64,000 bases of DNA from the NCBI RefSeq assembly GCF_964204645.1, contig NC_134030.1, positions 22,404,210 to 22,468,209 on the forward strand. The letters run 5' to 3'. Position 1 is the stretch's first letter. The number at the start of each line of letters is the position of its first letter. This document shows, piece after piece, positions 27,458 to 40,300 of the stretch. The stretch is from Tubulanus polymorphus (taxonomy: Eukaryota > Animalia > Nemertea). The position numbers and the translations under genes were made by a program. Under the pieces are notes generated by a model. It was not told the origin of the DNA. It saw only the letters and a program-made list of their open reading frames with translations, and searched no databases.

Positions 27458-30400
27458 TTATTTTACTGGTGTAATAACATGTGTCTGATACGGCAGAAGT
27501 TTCTGGTTTTCATCACATTTGTAAATCCACTCGGGATTCACAAACTGTAAACTACCGTTCTCTGATAGCGCCTGAAAAATATCAAAACAGAACAATCAGG
27601 TACAGGTTATGCTGCGGCAAGTGAGGATCCACCAGGTGTCACTAGTGTAAAGTAGGATATCAACTTCTGCAGCGATAGATGATTCCACTTGTGGCAAGTG
27701 AGGATTCACCAGGTGTCACTAGTGTAAAGTAGGATATCAACTTCTGCAGCGATAGATGATTCCACTTGTGGCAAGTGAGGATCCACCAGGCATCGCTAGT
27801 GTGAAGTAGGACATCAACCACTGCGGCAATAGAGGATTCAACTTCTAGCAAGTGAGGATCCACCAGGTGTCGCTATAGTGCAAAAGATAAAAGATAATTT
27901 ACGAACCTTGTCGAAATTTTTGTCCCATATTTCCTGAGTTAAGACGTAATTCACACTGTCGTTCATGTATTCCTCAACGTGGCTGAAAGTGACACCAGCA
28001 GAATATTAGAAATTTGAGACGATCGAACAAATTCAAGTCCAGGATCCAGTTCCACAGTTGTGAGTTAGAGTTAACTCTGAGTTAAAATCAGTTCATTTTC
28101 AATGAATTAACTCAGCGCTAAATCTTAACTCAGAACTGTGGAACTGGACCCAGGGGCCAGTTGCTGAAAAGTTGGTTAAAGATAACCGGTGGATAAATAC
28201 CATATCAACAATGAACTTCTAATTGTCACTATGTCAACTATCCACTGGTTAACTCTAACCAACCTTTGAGCAACTGCAGCCCCAGATGAATCGAGCAATC
28301 CTCTGTATGCGAGGGGAATGAATGATGTGTGATCGTGTGTGTTTAAAGGTGGCCCAATGCTCCAAACAAGCATTCTTGCTTTTTATTGGGCTATCCTTCA
28401 CTAGATATTATATCATCTTGTTGACTCTTTATTTATATTCATATGAAATGTTATGCATGACCATCTGTTATAATTTCTCTTAAAAATAAACTATATATAT
28501 ATATATATATATCCTCCCTGAACCCTCGGACTCACTCACCCATTGTAAGCTACAATCAGTCGATTCAAAAACCTGCGTTCTATTTCACTAAACGTTCCGT
28601 ACAACAGGAAGTGTTTACCGGTGAACAAATCCAGTAAAACCGGTAAATTTAAATCAGTTCCCGCGTCTGCTGATGGCTGCGTTACCGTGGCGTTATCGTC
28701 GTCTGTGTCCTCGTCAGTCGATGCCTCGTACGCAATTTCGCGTTTTACTTTCTTCGCCGGACTTCTTTTGACCGGCGAACCTTTTTTCGGTGAGGGTCCT
28801 TTTCCTTTCCCAACATTTGTTTCAAGCCTATATGACAAGATAATTATGGTAACAATTAATTCATTCAATGAAAAATTGATTAATTCAATGTGAATTTAAG
28901 AGAATTAATTCATTGGAAAATTAATTAATTCAATGTGAATTTAGGAGAATTAATTCAATGAAAAATTAATCAATTCAATGTGAATCTAGAATCAATTCAA
29001 TGAAAAATTAATTTATTCAATGTGAATTAAGGAAAATTACTTCATTGTAAAATTAATTAATTCAACGAAAATTAATTAATTCAATGTGAATCTAGAATTA
29101 ATTCAATAAAAAATTTATTAATTCAATGTGAATTTAGGAAAATTAATACAATGAAAAATAAATTAATTCAATGTGAATTAAGGATAATTAATTCAACTGA
29201 AAATTAATTAATTCAATGTGAATTTAGGAGAATTAATTCATTTAATGTGAATTAAGGATAATCCATACATTCAATGTGAATGTGAATTAAGAAATATTGT
29301 TTGAATTGAGGATTATAAAAGGACTTACTGTTTGATTTCATCCTCGGTATCACCGGCTGAATCACTGATATCATCGGCATCTATTAGAATCAAATACAGG
29401 AAACAATAAAAAACAGCAGATCACATTCTAAAATAGACAGGCAGTTCAGGGTCCGATCTAAACACTTGTCTGATTACCCGGGTCAAGTATATTCTTATTA
29501 GGCTCAACTAGGTTACGTTATCATTATCACTTGTCCATCAGGCATAGCACAATTTTATGTCTCGGAGCTTTTTTTCCCACTCGATACAACGGATGATAGC
29601 GCCACCAATCGGACTGCCTGGTGTAGGTAAGTTGATTTTTGAGGGGGCAAGCGAAATTTCAGATATGCTTGCCCCGGGGCAAGTGGCTTTCATTCCTTAG
29701 ATCGGACCCTGCAGTTTAATGTTTAATGAATAGTTACCCCTTTAATCTGTTTAGACCCATAACTGTTTTAATGTTACGGTTTCCTTTAGTTTTTATCATG
29801 TCTGATCATTTCTGGTCTCATTGTTCATTGGATTGTAAATATTTCATAATTTCTGTTTTAACATTATCACTGAAGATGACTATTAGGAAGTCATAGTCTA
29901 TAGAACATCGAATAAACTACTATTTGCTCAAGGAATAATTTCAATTCTCAAAACGTACCTCGTGGCGAAGGGGTTGATATCACAGCGGGTTGCTGCGGCT
30001 CCTCGCCCTCGGAGGATGACTCCGCCGATTTATTAGCCGGAGAACCACTCCGAGATAGACGATATCTGCAGAGAAAAATGAAAAAACTTTAAAAAACATT
30101 TTGAGACTAGAAAATCAGAACTCAAGAAAAGATGGTTACCTCCATTAACCTCCCTATGATATCACTAATCAATCAATTATCTGTAAACCCTTACATTAAA
30201 GATGGCTACCTCTGTTAATCCCCCTATTTAACCTAACACTTACTTTCTCCAGGGAAGAAGTTTCTTGTATTTATAACAATCCCGAATCCAGTTTTCGTCC
30301 ACTATTCGACCTTTACCTTTGACGACCGCGAATTTCGGAGTATTCACAAATGCACAACTATCAAAAACATAACCACAGAAACACATCATTATTCCCCCTA

Positions 30401-33400
30401 TGACATCATCACTTCTAATTGTCTACTAGAGAATTAATCGTATCCAGAAAAGGTGTCTACCTCCATAAATCCCCCTATGACATCATCAAATCGTCTACTA
30501 GTAATTTGTTCTATAGACACTTCTAGAAAAGATGTCTACCTCCATAAATCCCCCTATGACATCATCAAATCGTCTACTAGTAATTTGATCTATAGACACT
30601 CCTAGAAAAGATGTCTGCCTCCATAAATCCCCCTATGCCGTCATCAAATTGCTCTCTGATTTCATTTTCAAAATCTTCTAAAAGATGTCTGCCTCCAAGA
30701 ATCCCCATATGATGTCATGAATGAATTGTCTCATGATTTCATTTTTAAAATCTTCTAAACAATGTCTCCTATGATATTGTCAAAATAATGACCAGGTGAT
30801 TCTTACATTAAATGTGTACAGGTCTGGTCGTTCCAGTCTGGTTTATATTGAGCTCCCATCTCGATAGCCATATCTCTCAATTCTCCGCGTTTAGGATTCT
30901 GATATCCGCTCATTACGAACACGACTCTCTTCATTAATTCACCGAGTGGCTTCGACGATTTCCTCGCTAAAATATATGAAACAAATCACATTTTCCTCTT
31001 TTGAAAGATCTGTAGTTTATCATGATGAAGGTCACCTGGAATCGTAGAATTTCATAGTAAACTAACACCTCTTGTAATAGCAGGGTGGCACCACTTTCCG
31101 CCAATTTACAAATCCCTCATGTTTTCCCTGATTTTTCCAGGTGATTACACAAATTCCCCCTGCGAGTGAATCTGTGAGAAATTTTACAATTCCTTCATTT
31201 TTCATTGGAATCAAGTACCGATAAAGAAAACAATTGTTCAATTGAATTATCCAAATTGCCTGATGTTTTTCTAGAGTTTTCTAGGTCAGTGGCGCCACCC
31301 TGAGTTTACCATCACATGCCAGGGTTTGCTGGAGCAGATGGGCATTTGTTTAGTTATTTACCTGTTTCACTACTTGAACGTTTAGAAGTCGAGTCTTGGC
31401 GCTTTGTTTGAGATACTTGGGTTTTTGGCGTAGCTGTTTTTGATGTACCCATACTTGTTTTTGGCATAGTTGTTTTTGGCGTAGCTGTTTTTGGCGTAGT
31501 TGTTTTTGGCGTAGTTGATTTCGGCGTAGAGTTGAGTCGTTTTGGTTCAGGACTGTCGCTACTGCTCGAGTGTTTGCGTTTACTCGTCGGCGTGACGACG
31601 GTCGTCGACGGATACTTCGTCTGTCGTTCCGACGACGATCGCTCCAGATTCGGAGCCGGAGGCCGGTCGTCTTTCCGCACCGGTAATCGGTCGTCTGCTA
31701 GTTTAGCAGCTGCGCGCACAGCTGCAGCACCTGAAAGGAAAACCAATCATGAGTCAGTTTATCAGATATATACCTCATACGTGAACTAATCAAGAGACAT
31801 TGAAACAAAATTGTTTCCTTACTTCTTATTGGACATTTTGCTGAATAACTTAATATATGGACCAATCAGAGGCCTTCAAACTATGTTCTGAGTTCTTATT
31901 GGTCAGTTTAAACAGATATACTAGGATTATCATACACCTCAAAAATGGACCAATCAGAGAGTGTATAAAAATAAATTTGGTTCTTTGTTCTCATTGGTCA
32001 GTTTACAGAAATACCACATAAATCGACCAATCAGAGTCTATAACATTGAATCGTGTTCTTAGTTTGGTTATTTTCCTGAACATCCATAACAATCATAGAG
32101 TTTCATTTTCATCATTCTGAGTCCAAGTGTAATCAATTCTGATTGGTCAGTTTGATCAAATTCCCCATCAATGCACCAATCAAATCATCCGTTACAAACC
32201 TGTCAACGACGTCTGCTTCGTGTCTTTCCTCTGAGCGAATAAACTGCCCGTTTTAATCGGATCGTTCTCAATTTCCGTTTCTTTCTTTAAACCAAAACCA
32301 CCAAACGTTTTATTGCCCTTAGATTCCGTACGACCATCCTACAAACAGCAGAACAAGCATCAGTCAATTATTACACTCCTACTTAACATACATGTCTGCC
32401 TTCATGAATCCCCCTATGACATCATCTAATTCGATATCAGCCTTTTTTATAATAATGAAATGAAAATGAAACTTACTCCGGCAGCTGAGGAGGTAGATGG
32501 CGCCGCTGTACCATCATCCGGGGATCGAACTGTGATGAATGAAAGGCCGTACTGAATATTCTAAAAAAATAAAATACCCAAACAAAATTAGACGTCAAAC
32601 AACAGAAATCTAATTCCAGTGATTGAAGGTCAAATTGTTTAAATAGAGTGAGCAAAACAGGGTCAAGTGAAACAGGGTCAAGCGAAACTGGGTCAAGTGA
32701 AACTGGGTCAAGCGAAACTGGGTCAAATGGAATTGTGTCAAGTGGAACAGGGTTCAGTACCTTATTGAAAGGTTGAGAGCAGACGATTTTTATGCGGTCC
32801 CATTTTTCCTCGAGGCACGACTGAGTGAGTTTATCTTTCTCGAACAAACGAACTCGGTTTAAATTCTGATTCGATCGACTCTCCAGCGGGTTCATAAACG
32901 CAGACGCTACCAGCAACACCTACAACACAAACAATAATATCTATACGATCCACCAGGGGTCGTTAGTGTGCAGTAGGACATCAACTACTGCGGCAATAGA
33001 GGATTCCACTTGTGGCAAGTGAGGATCCACCAGGTGTCACCAGTGTACAGTAGGACATCAACTGCTGCAGCAATAGAGCAATAGAGGATTCCACTTGTGG
33101 CAAGTGAGGATCCACCAGGTGTCGCTAATGTGCAGTAGGATACCGCAAATGATCCACTGACCTTGTAATCAGATTCTGTTGCCGAAGAACGACCGACCAG
33201 AATTTCTATAAAAGCCGACGACTCATTCCCGATATCCAAAGACTGAATCTTAGTTGACTTCTCAAACTGAAACGGAAGAAGAAAAGTTTAATCCAAATAA
33301 AAGGCAGGCCGGCTCAGTGGAAAAATTCTGATTTCTTTACCCCAACCTACCTGTAGGACAACTGTGGCATTCTTCTCACCAACTCCTGCCGTTTTCCACT

Positions 33401-33632
33401 TTCGAAAACCTCCCGGCTTCAATAAATTCTCCGCCGGGTTATTCTACAATACAAAAATATCTTCCAATTCCGTATTTTAGCGATATGATTTTACGGTTAT
33501 GACGCGACACATTCGTAAACAATACATTTTTATGAGAATTCTTTGCTTAAAAAGTCGAAATCTTTGGACAATTCGATTTACCTTATCTTCGCTGCTGAAA
33601 GATACCACATGTTGGAATTTAACTTCGGGCAT
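27458..33632 (-). CDS. XRCC1: DNA repair scaffold XRCC1; exons 33582-33632, 33351-33443, 33162-33266, 32761-32919, 32477-32560, 32200-32338, 31362-31730, 30807-30966, 30244-30357, 29959-30065, 29329-29380, 28540-28827, 27907-27982, 27458-27571
   Basis: N-terminal domain MPEVKFQHVVSFSSED...AENLLK...DIGNESSAFIEILVG...WDRIKIVCSQPF; BRCT1 VVFVMSGYQNPKRGELR...CTHLICAFVNTPK; CK2/FHA-binding motif YEASTDED; BRCT2 at the C-terminus. Junctions are in phase. Confidence 0.95.
28152..28284. mobile_element. ~130-bp MITE family B (copies near 14229-14330 and 37066-37165)
   Basis: CAGTTGCT..AAGTTGGTTAAAGATAACC ... GGTTAACTCTAACCAACC..AGCAACTG inverted termini; dispersed copies. Confidence 0.65.
29447..29711. 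mobile_element. Non-autonomous DNA transposon (265 bp) in an XRCC1 intron
   Basis: Perfect 15-bp TIR CAGGGTCCGATCTAA / TTAGATCGGACCCTG, flanked by CAGTT on both sides. Confidence 0.8.
31081..31302. mobile_element. MITE with CAGGGTGGC termini
   Basis: CAGGGTGGC...GCCACCCTG inverted termini about 220 bp apart. Confidence 0.55.
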
Positions 33633-34389
33633 TTCTTAATATTAGTCCGAAATGAAGCGCTTAGCACAGTTTATTGTTGTCAAACTATTTGTGGAGCCAC
33701 AATGGCTGCGAGATCGATAATGCAAACCGGTCTGCTGAACTGACGCGTATTCAAACGATGCCGATGAAAATCTTTTCATATTTCTAACCACCAATAATAA
33801 ATATTGTTCTTCATTGTGCTGGAAATTCTACTTTTTGGTTGATATTTTAGTTCACAAGTCTTCAAATCGTACTTAAGCATTATCTCTGGCAAGCGAGTTT
33901 TGGAAATTCCCAGTTGTCGTTTAACAGAATTGATCGATATTTCGATCATTTGTTTACACTTAAACATAAATTTAAATTCTAACTTTTGCAATTATAGAAT
34001 ACTATATCTAAACATTACAATGACTCGGTGAATGTTTTCAAATGGATCCTTTAAAAAGTAAAAATAGTGTGAAGATATTGAAAATATTAGACCAACAAAC
34101 GAGGCCTGGGTTTGTAATAGTCGACGCTGATTGGCTGCCTCATAAATAACTGAACGGGAAAACCCCGAAACCAGGAAATAACTTTCAACAAAAGCAAAAA
34201 ATAGCACAGGTTAGAATCGTTTAGCTCGTTATAGTTAAGTAAAACATTGTGTTCAAACGCGTCCAAAATAACTGTCAGTGTGTCACAAACGCGATCGGAT
34301 TTCAATCAATCCACTGACGATTTCTATATAGAGTTAATTAACCGAATTTAGTGTGATTTAGGTCGCGTCGATTCAAAAATTTGGGGGCG
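33633..34389. promoter_or_regulatory. Divergent promoter region shared by XRCC1 and the nuclear IkB gene, with kB site GGGAAAACCCC (34156-34166)
   Basis: Start codons are 757 bp apart head-to-head. Inverted CCAAT near 34129, kB consensus site, TGACG half-site near 34315 and TATATA near 34325. Confidence 0.6.
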
Positions 34390-37300
34390 ATGACTTCATC
34401 GGTTCAAGTAACGACCGGAGAGGAAGAACCAGGTGTTGTGGAATCAACACTTGAATCTGAATCGAAACTGACTCCCGAAGAGGAAGAAACCGAAGGTAGG
34501 AATAGATAATTTCTTTGACTCTTCTCTGGCTTGTTTTTAATTGAACAAAATTATTTTTCTGCCTCATCGTCATCGACTCAATATTAACAGAGTCAGTAAC
34601 CTATGTGGTTTATAGTTTTTCGGATATTTTCACTTGGTATGAGCCCGTACAGTTATAAAAGCTTACTACCATCGATAAGGCAACTAACTGCCTCAATGGG
34701 CCCATGGAACAATTTGCGGAAATACCATGACGTTTTCACAAATCATCCGTTAAAATGTTTTATTTAGAGAATATATATAATCTTAACTAATTTTATATTT
34801 AGGACATCAATTTTATCTACCTTAGGAGTTTGATCTTAACAGTTTAAATTATGTGTAATTACAATGACAAGTAAAGTTTATCCATCGTTTATCTTTAACC
34901 AACATTTCATTGAGCAGGTGCGGCCCTGGCCCTGGCTTTAAATTTACCAAAAGGCAGCTAGCGTTCGGTGGTCACTTTTTTATCGGATCATTTTAAAATG
35001 TTTGGTTTGTAATCGAGGAATTTTGGATTCCCTGGATTTGTAATAATGCTTAATTTTCCTAAAGGCTTCTACAGTATGGTGAATCACTGGACTCAAGATT
35101 CACTGTCAATCAAATGGAAATTAACTATGAGAACTCTTTAAATCGATTACATTTTTTCATTGATTCAGTTTATCTGAAATCGGTTATAACGTAAAACCCG
35201 GCCGCCACTTAATGCTGCAGATGACTAAAATCTAGCTGTTTAAAAACCCGAGAATATCCATCAACATGTCGACCAGGATGTTAGAAATCATCTCATTGTC
35301 TCTATTTTTAATACCACTATAACCACTGCGGTTGTATTTCTATTTCAGAGAAATTTAAAAATGACTTTTGTCAGGCGGAATTATTTTACACCAATTCGGT
35401 GAAAGGGGTTAATTAGAGGTCGAAGTTGATTGTGCTTGGGGAAGTTATTCAAACTAGGCTTTTTAACACGTAGAAATAGTGACTCTTTAAACTAAGGCTT
35501 CGGAATAGGGGGACTTTGCCCCTCTCTCCCCCTCCTCCCTCCCCACTACAGTTGTCTCAGATGAACATGTTTTGTTCTGATCAGGGAGCACCTCCCTGTT
35601 CTGATATTCTTTTCAAAAGTGTCATGATGGCAAATCTGTGGACCTACAATAATCATCCGGTTTATTGTTTTGAGTTTATGCCGACACATTTATAGTCTAT
35701 TAACATATGTACATAGATCTGTAATAATCGGGGAATTTTCGCTTGTTATTATGGCTGGTTAAAACCTATACAACCTGTTACTCCTTACATGTGTAAATAA
35801 TAAACAATTGTTCAGCATATCAGCATAAATCTACCCCAAAGATATAGTCATGTCAGGTCTATCAGGTTTGTTTTTGAATTCCATAACATCATTAGGTGCT
35901 ACTACAGCACTGGCAAATGTTCCAGTAAATAAGGCCTCTTTTTGATTACTGGAACACAGATTATTTTCTAGAAAAAGGTGCGAAGGGAAAAATTAATAAT
36001 AGAATAAAATTATCAACAATAGGAATTTCAAAATGGAAGGGAACAAAAAAAAAATCAAAATCAACTTTTTTAACGATTTGAGTATTTTCCACATAAAACC
36101 TTGGAAGGACTGCAGGAAAAATAAAAAGGAGTGAAAATTGAGATGAATTTGAAATAACCAAATCATAGTTTAGAAATTAAGATGAACATTACTTTTTTAA
36201 GTCACTAGATGAAACTAAGAGAGAAGATTTTTCTTTTTTTTGTTGAAAAATTGTGATGAAAACGCGAAGAACTAAAGACAAGAAATTTTCTTTTTTGATT
36301 CGATGAAGCAGAATTCTGGAGGGACAAAATCCGTGCTCCAAGTTATAAAAAATGCCTAAAGCTTTTTTTTCATAATTCACTGCTTGTGAAAGTGTTTTCC
36401 AATGCATCAGTTTCGTAAAAAGGGTAAACTATAAATTTGAAAAAGTTTTTTCATGTTAAATAGGACTTCACTTTTTCCGAATTGCAAATTGTGAAATCTT
36501 CAGCACAAATAAACTTGTTTAAACTTGTCAATCAACTCCCCCTCCTGCCCACGCGATTATTTCTGATTGGTCGAAATATTCGTCTAACCAACCAATCGAA
36601 TTCGCGAGTACTCTAATGAAATTCCTCTTGGACTAAACTTTTTTTCAGATTTTCGGAAAAACTCCAAAAACGCGAATTTTTTTTCGCTCGGATAAAGGAA
36701 AATATTTGCAATTTTTTTTTTACATTTTGAACATATTTTTAGACTAATTTTTATTCGTAGTGGGGGGCGGGAGGGTTGGGTTTTTTTATGATTCTTGAAT
36801 TCGGATGTTTTTACCAGGGTCTTCTTAAATGCTGCGGCCATATTGGATTTTTATTCTCAATATCTCAACGCCCTAACATGGCGGCCCGGGATTTATTTAA
36901 CGTATGTATTTTATATCTTTCACTTGATATTTTTCAACCATTAAACTATCGCGTAAAACTTTCCGATGGCGAATTCGAAATTGCTGCAGTAGCTGAAAGT
37001 GAGAATAATTTCCAGAGCTAGTTTACACAACTACTCATGTCTGGGAAACTCTGAGAACCGCCTCAGGCTGTAGTTGCTGTAAAGTTGGTTAAAGATAACC
37101 AGCGGAAAATTGAACTTTAGTTTGATGTTATCTACTCACTAGTTAACTCTTTACAGCTCTCGACACAGGGTTGTTCTTTTATCGGGAATTTGGGAGTGGA
37201 TTATGGATGATTTTGGTGATTTAGTTGTCACATTACTGAAGTCATTTCTATTTTTGAGTCTCAATTTATATTTCTAATTCTATTTACTAAGTTTAAGTCA

Positions 37301-40300
37301 TCATTTGGATAAGTCGTCACATTACTGAAGTCATCTCTATTTTTGAGTCTCAATTTATATTTCTAATTCTATTTACTAAGTTTAAGTCATCATTTGGATA
37401 AGTCGTCACATTTCTGAAGTCATCTCTATTTTTGAGTCCCAATTTCTATTTCTAATTCAATTTACTAAGTGTAAGTCATCATTTGGACAAGTTGTCACAT
37501 TTCTGAAGTCATCTCTATTTTTGAGTCTCAATTTGTATTTCTAATTCAATTTACTAAGTGTAAGTCATCATTTGGATTAGTCGTCACATTACTGAAGTCA
37601 TCTCTATTTTCTAGTCTCAATTTGTATTGCGGTGGTGACGCAGTGAAAGGGTTAAAAGGAAGAATTGTTTTGACCTCATGAAATCTTAAAATCTTTAGTT
37701 TTTCAGGGAGTGAGTTGTTGATATAAGAGACTATACGCCCCTCACAAATAGTGAATCATGAATCATGATAAACGAATCGATAAATTCTGTTAATAAATTG
37801 AATAAACACCTCAAACAGCGACAGCGAGGCACGGGCTACATCTAAATTAATAATAATCATGATTTATGATCGAAAAACAGACACGCTGAACAAACATTAT
37901 TGGCCTGTTACCCTGAACACCACGGAGCTCCACTCGCGGTACCTCCTCAGCCCACGGAGCTCCACTCGCGGTACCTCCTCAGCCCACGGAGCTCCACTCG
38001 CGGTACCTCCTCAGCCCACGGAGCTCCACTCGCGGTACCTCCTCAGCCCACGGAGCTCCACTCGCGGTACCTCCTCAGCCCACGTAGCTCCACTCGCGGT
38101 ACCTCCTCAGCCCACGGAGCTCCACTCGCGGTACCTCCTCAGCCCACGGAGCTCCACTCGCGGTACCTCCTCAGCCCACGGAGCTCCACTCGCGGTACCT
38201 CCTCAGCCCACGGAGCTCCACTCGCGGTACCTCCTCAGCCCACGGAGCTCCACTCGCGGTACCTCCTCAGCCCACGGAGCTCCACTCGCGGTACCTCCTC
38301 AGCCCACGGAGCTCCACTCGCGGTACCTCCTCAGCCCACGGAGCTCCACTTGCGGTACCTCCTCAGCCCACGGAGCTCCACTCGCGGTACCTCCTCAGCC
38401 CACGGAGCTCCACTCGGGGTACCTCCTCAGCCCATGGAGCTCCACTCGGGGTACTATGGTTCTTACAAGTTGTAGAAAGTTTCTGAAAATTGGAATGTAT
38501 TTTCCAGACTCTTAAAATCTATTTTTTCTCTCTATGGCTATGGAAAAGAATAGGAAAATTAGAAAATGGTCTCATAACTGGACTCAGTTTTATTCTATTT
38601 TGAATTTTAGGCTGTCTGCCTTAATGTCTACATTTGATAACAAACTCGTATAATTAACCAAGAAAATTGTGACTTTCCAAAAAACATGTTAAAAACCTCC
38701 AGACACTCATCGCATAGATTTCAATTCACACGAAATGAAAGACACTGTCTTTCGAAACCTGATTTTTGTCAATGAAAAAAAAAATTCTGCGAAAAAAAAG
38801 AATAGTCATTGACAACAAATCTCTGGTAAAACCGTAAATATTTCGGCCAATCACGAGTTACCTGTCGTGTGATTGGTTAATTTGGCGTGCGGGAATTCCT
38901 GATCTATCGGACTATTGTCAATAACAACAGAATGAATTATCACTCACTGTTCACTGGTTTCATATTTGATAACAATCAGTTTATTGCTTTTATACAACGT
39001 AATAATAAAAACTGCTCCCAGTTTCAAAGTTCAGAGATATATCTATTAACCCAGTTCCACAGTTCTGAACCCAGTTCAACAGTTCTGGACTCATTTCCAC
39101 AGTTCTGAACCAAATTCCACAGTTCTGGATTCAGTTCAACAGTTCTGCATCTATTTCCACAGTTCTGCATCTATTTCCACAGTTCTGCATCTATTTCCAC
39201 AGTTCTGGACTCAGTTCCACAGTACAGGATCCAGTTCCACAGTTCTGGATCCAGTTCCACAGTTCTGGACTCAGTTCAACAGTTCAGGACTCGGTTCCAC
39301 AGTTCAGGACCCAGTTCTACAGTTCTGGTTCCAGTTTAAGATCCATTTCCACAGCAAATGAATCCAGTTCCTCAGTGCTGGACTCAGTTCCACAGTTCTG
39401 TGATCCTCATTTAATTTTTGTTTAATTTTTCTTAAACCCTGTTTAATTGTTTGATCCACTGCGATCGAGTGTGATCCAATGCGATCCAATGTGATCCAAT
39501 GTAATCCAGTGCGATCAATGTGATCCAGTGCGATCCAATGTGATCCAATGTAATCCAATGCGATCCAATGTGATCCAATGCGATCCAATGTGATCCATTG
39601 TGATCCAGCTCCTATTTTATCGCTCAGTTTTGAGGTTGACTTAGAATTGATAAAAATCTCTTTTCAGAAACTGAAGAAATGAAAGTGATGAAATGTTCAC
39701 CGGCCGACCATGAAAAACTGTGCGAACAATTCCAGAAATTAACGACGAACACCGACGCCAGCCTTGACCCAGAACCGTCCAACAATGACTGCCGAACCAT
39801 CGAGGTCAAGGCCATTACCGTAATAACTGAAGACGCACCCGTAATCTACAATGCGGTCGTCACCAAGGTGAAGCCGGTCGCCGAGGGCGACGATGAATCA
39901 ATTGTTGGTTTATGCGGGGAATTTGAAGCAAAAATGAAAACCGATGAGGATTTTCAGCCGAAGGGCCGTCTGGGCGATGGCGCCAATATCGAGGCCACCG
40001 AACGCCTGCCGCCAGGTAAGGGTACCCACTACGAAGCGATGTTACCGCTGAATCGAAAGGTGCCGGAAAAATCCAAAAATCGCAAAATGATCGCGACCGA
40101 CTCCGGGCAACAGAAGGCCGTCGCCTATGACAACGGAACAATGCCGCTGAAACTTACGCGTACGAACCAAGAACCGGTCGAAAACGAAGAACCGCGAGAA
40201 ATAATCACCGACCTGTCGCCGTGGTTACAATTCGATAATTCGGTGCCGTTTACTAGTAGCAGCAGCAGTAACAATGCGTGTATGTATCCGGGGCAACCGC

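Noticed and set aside
37859-38515. 218-aa and 191-aa ORFs
   Set aside because: Products of a stop-free 32-bp minisatellite inside IkB intron 1.
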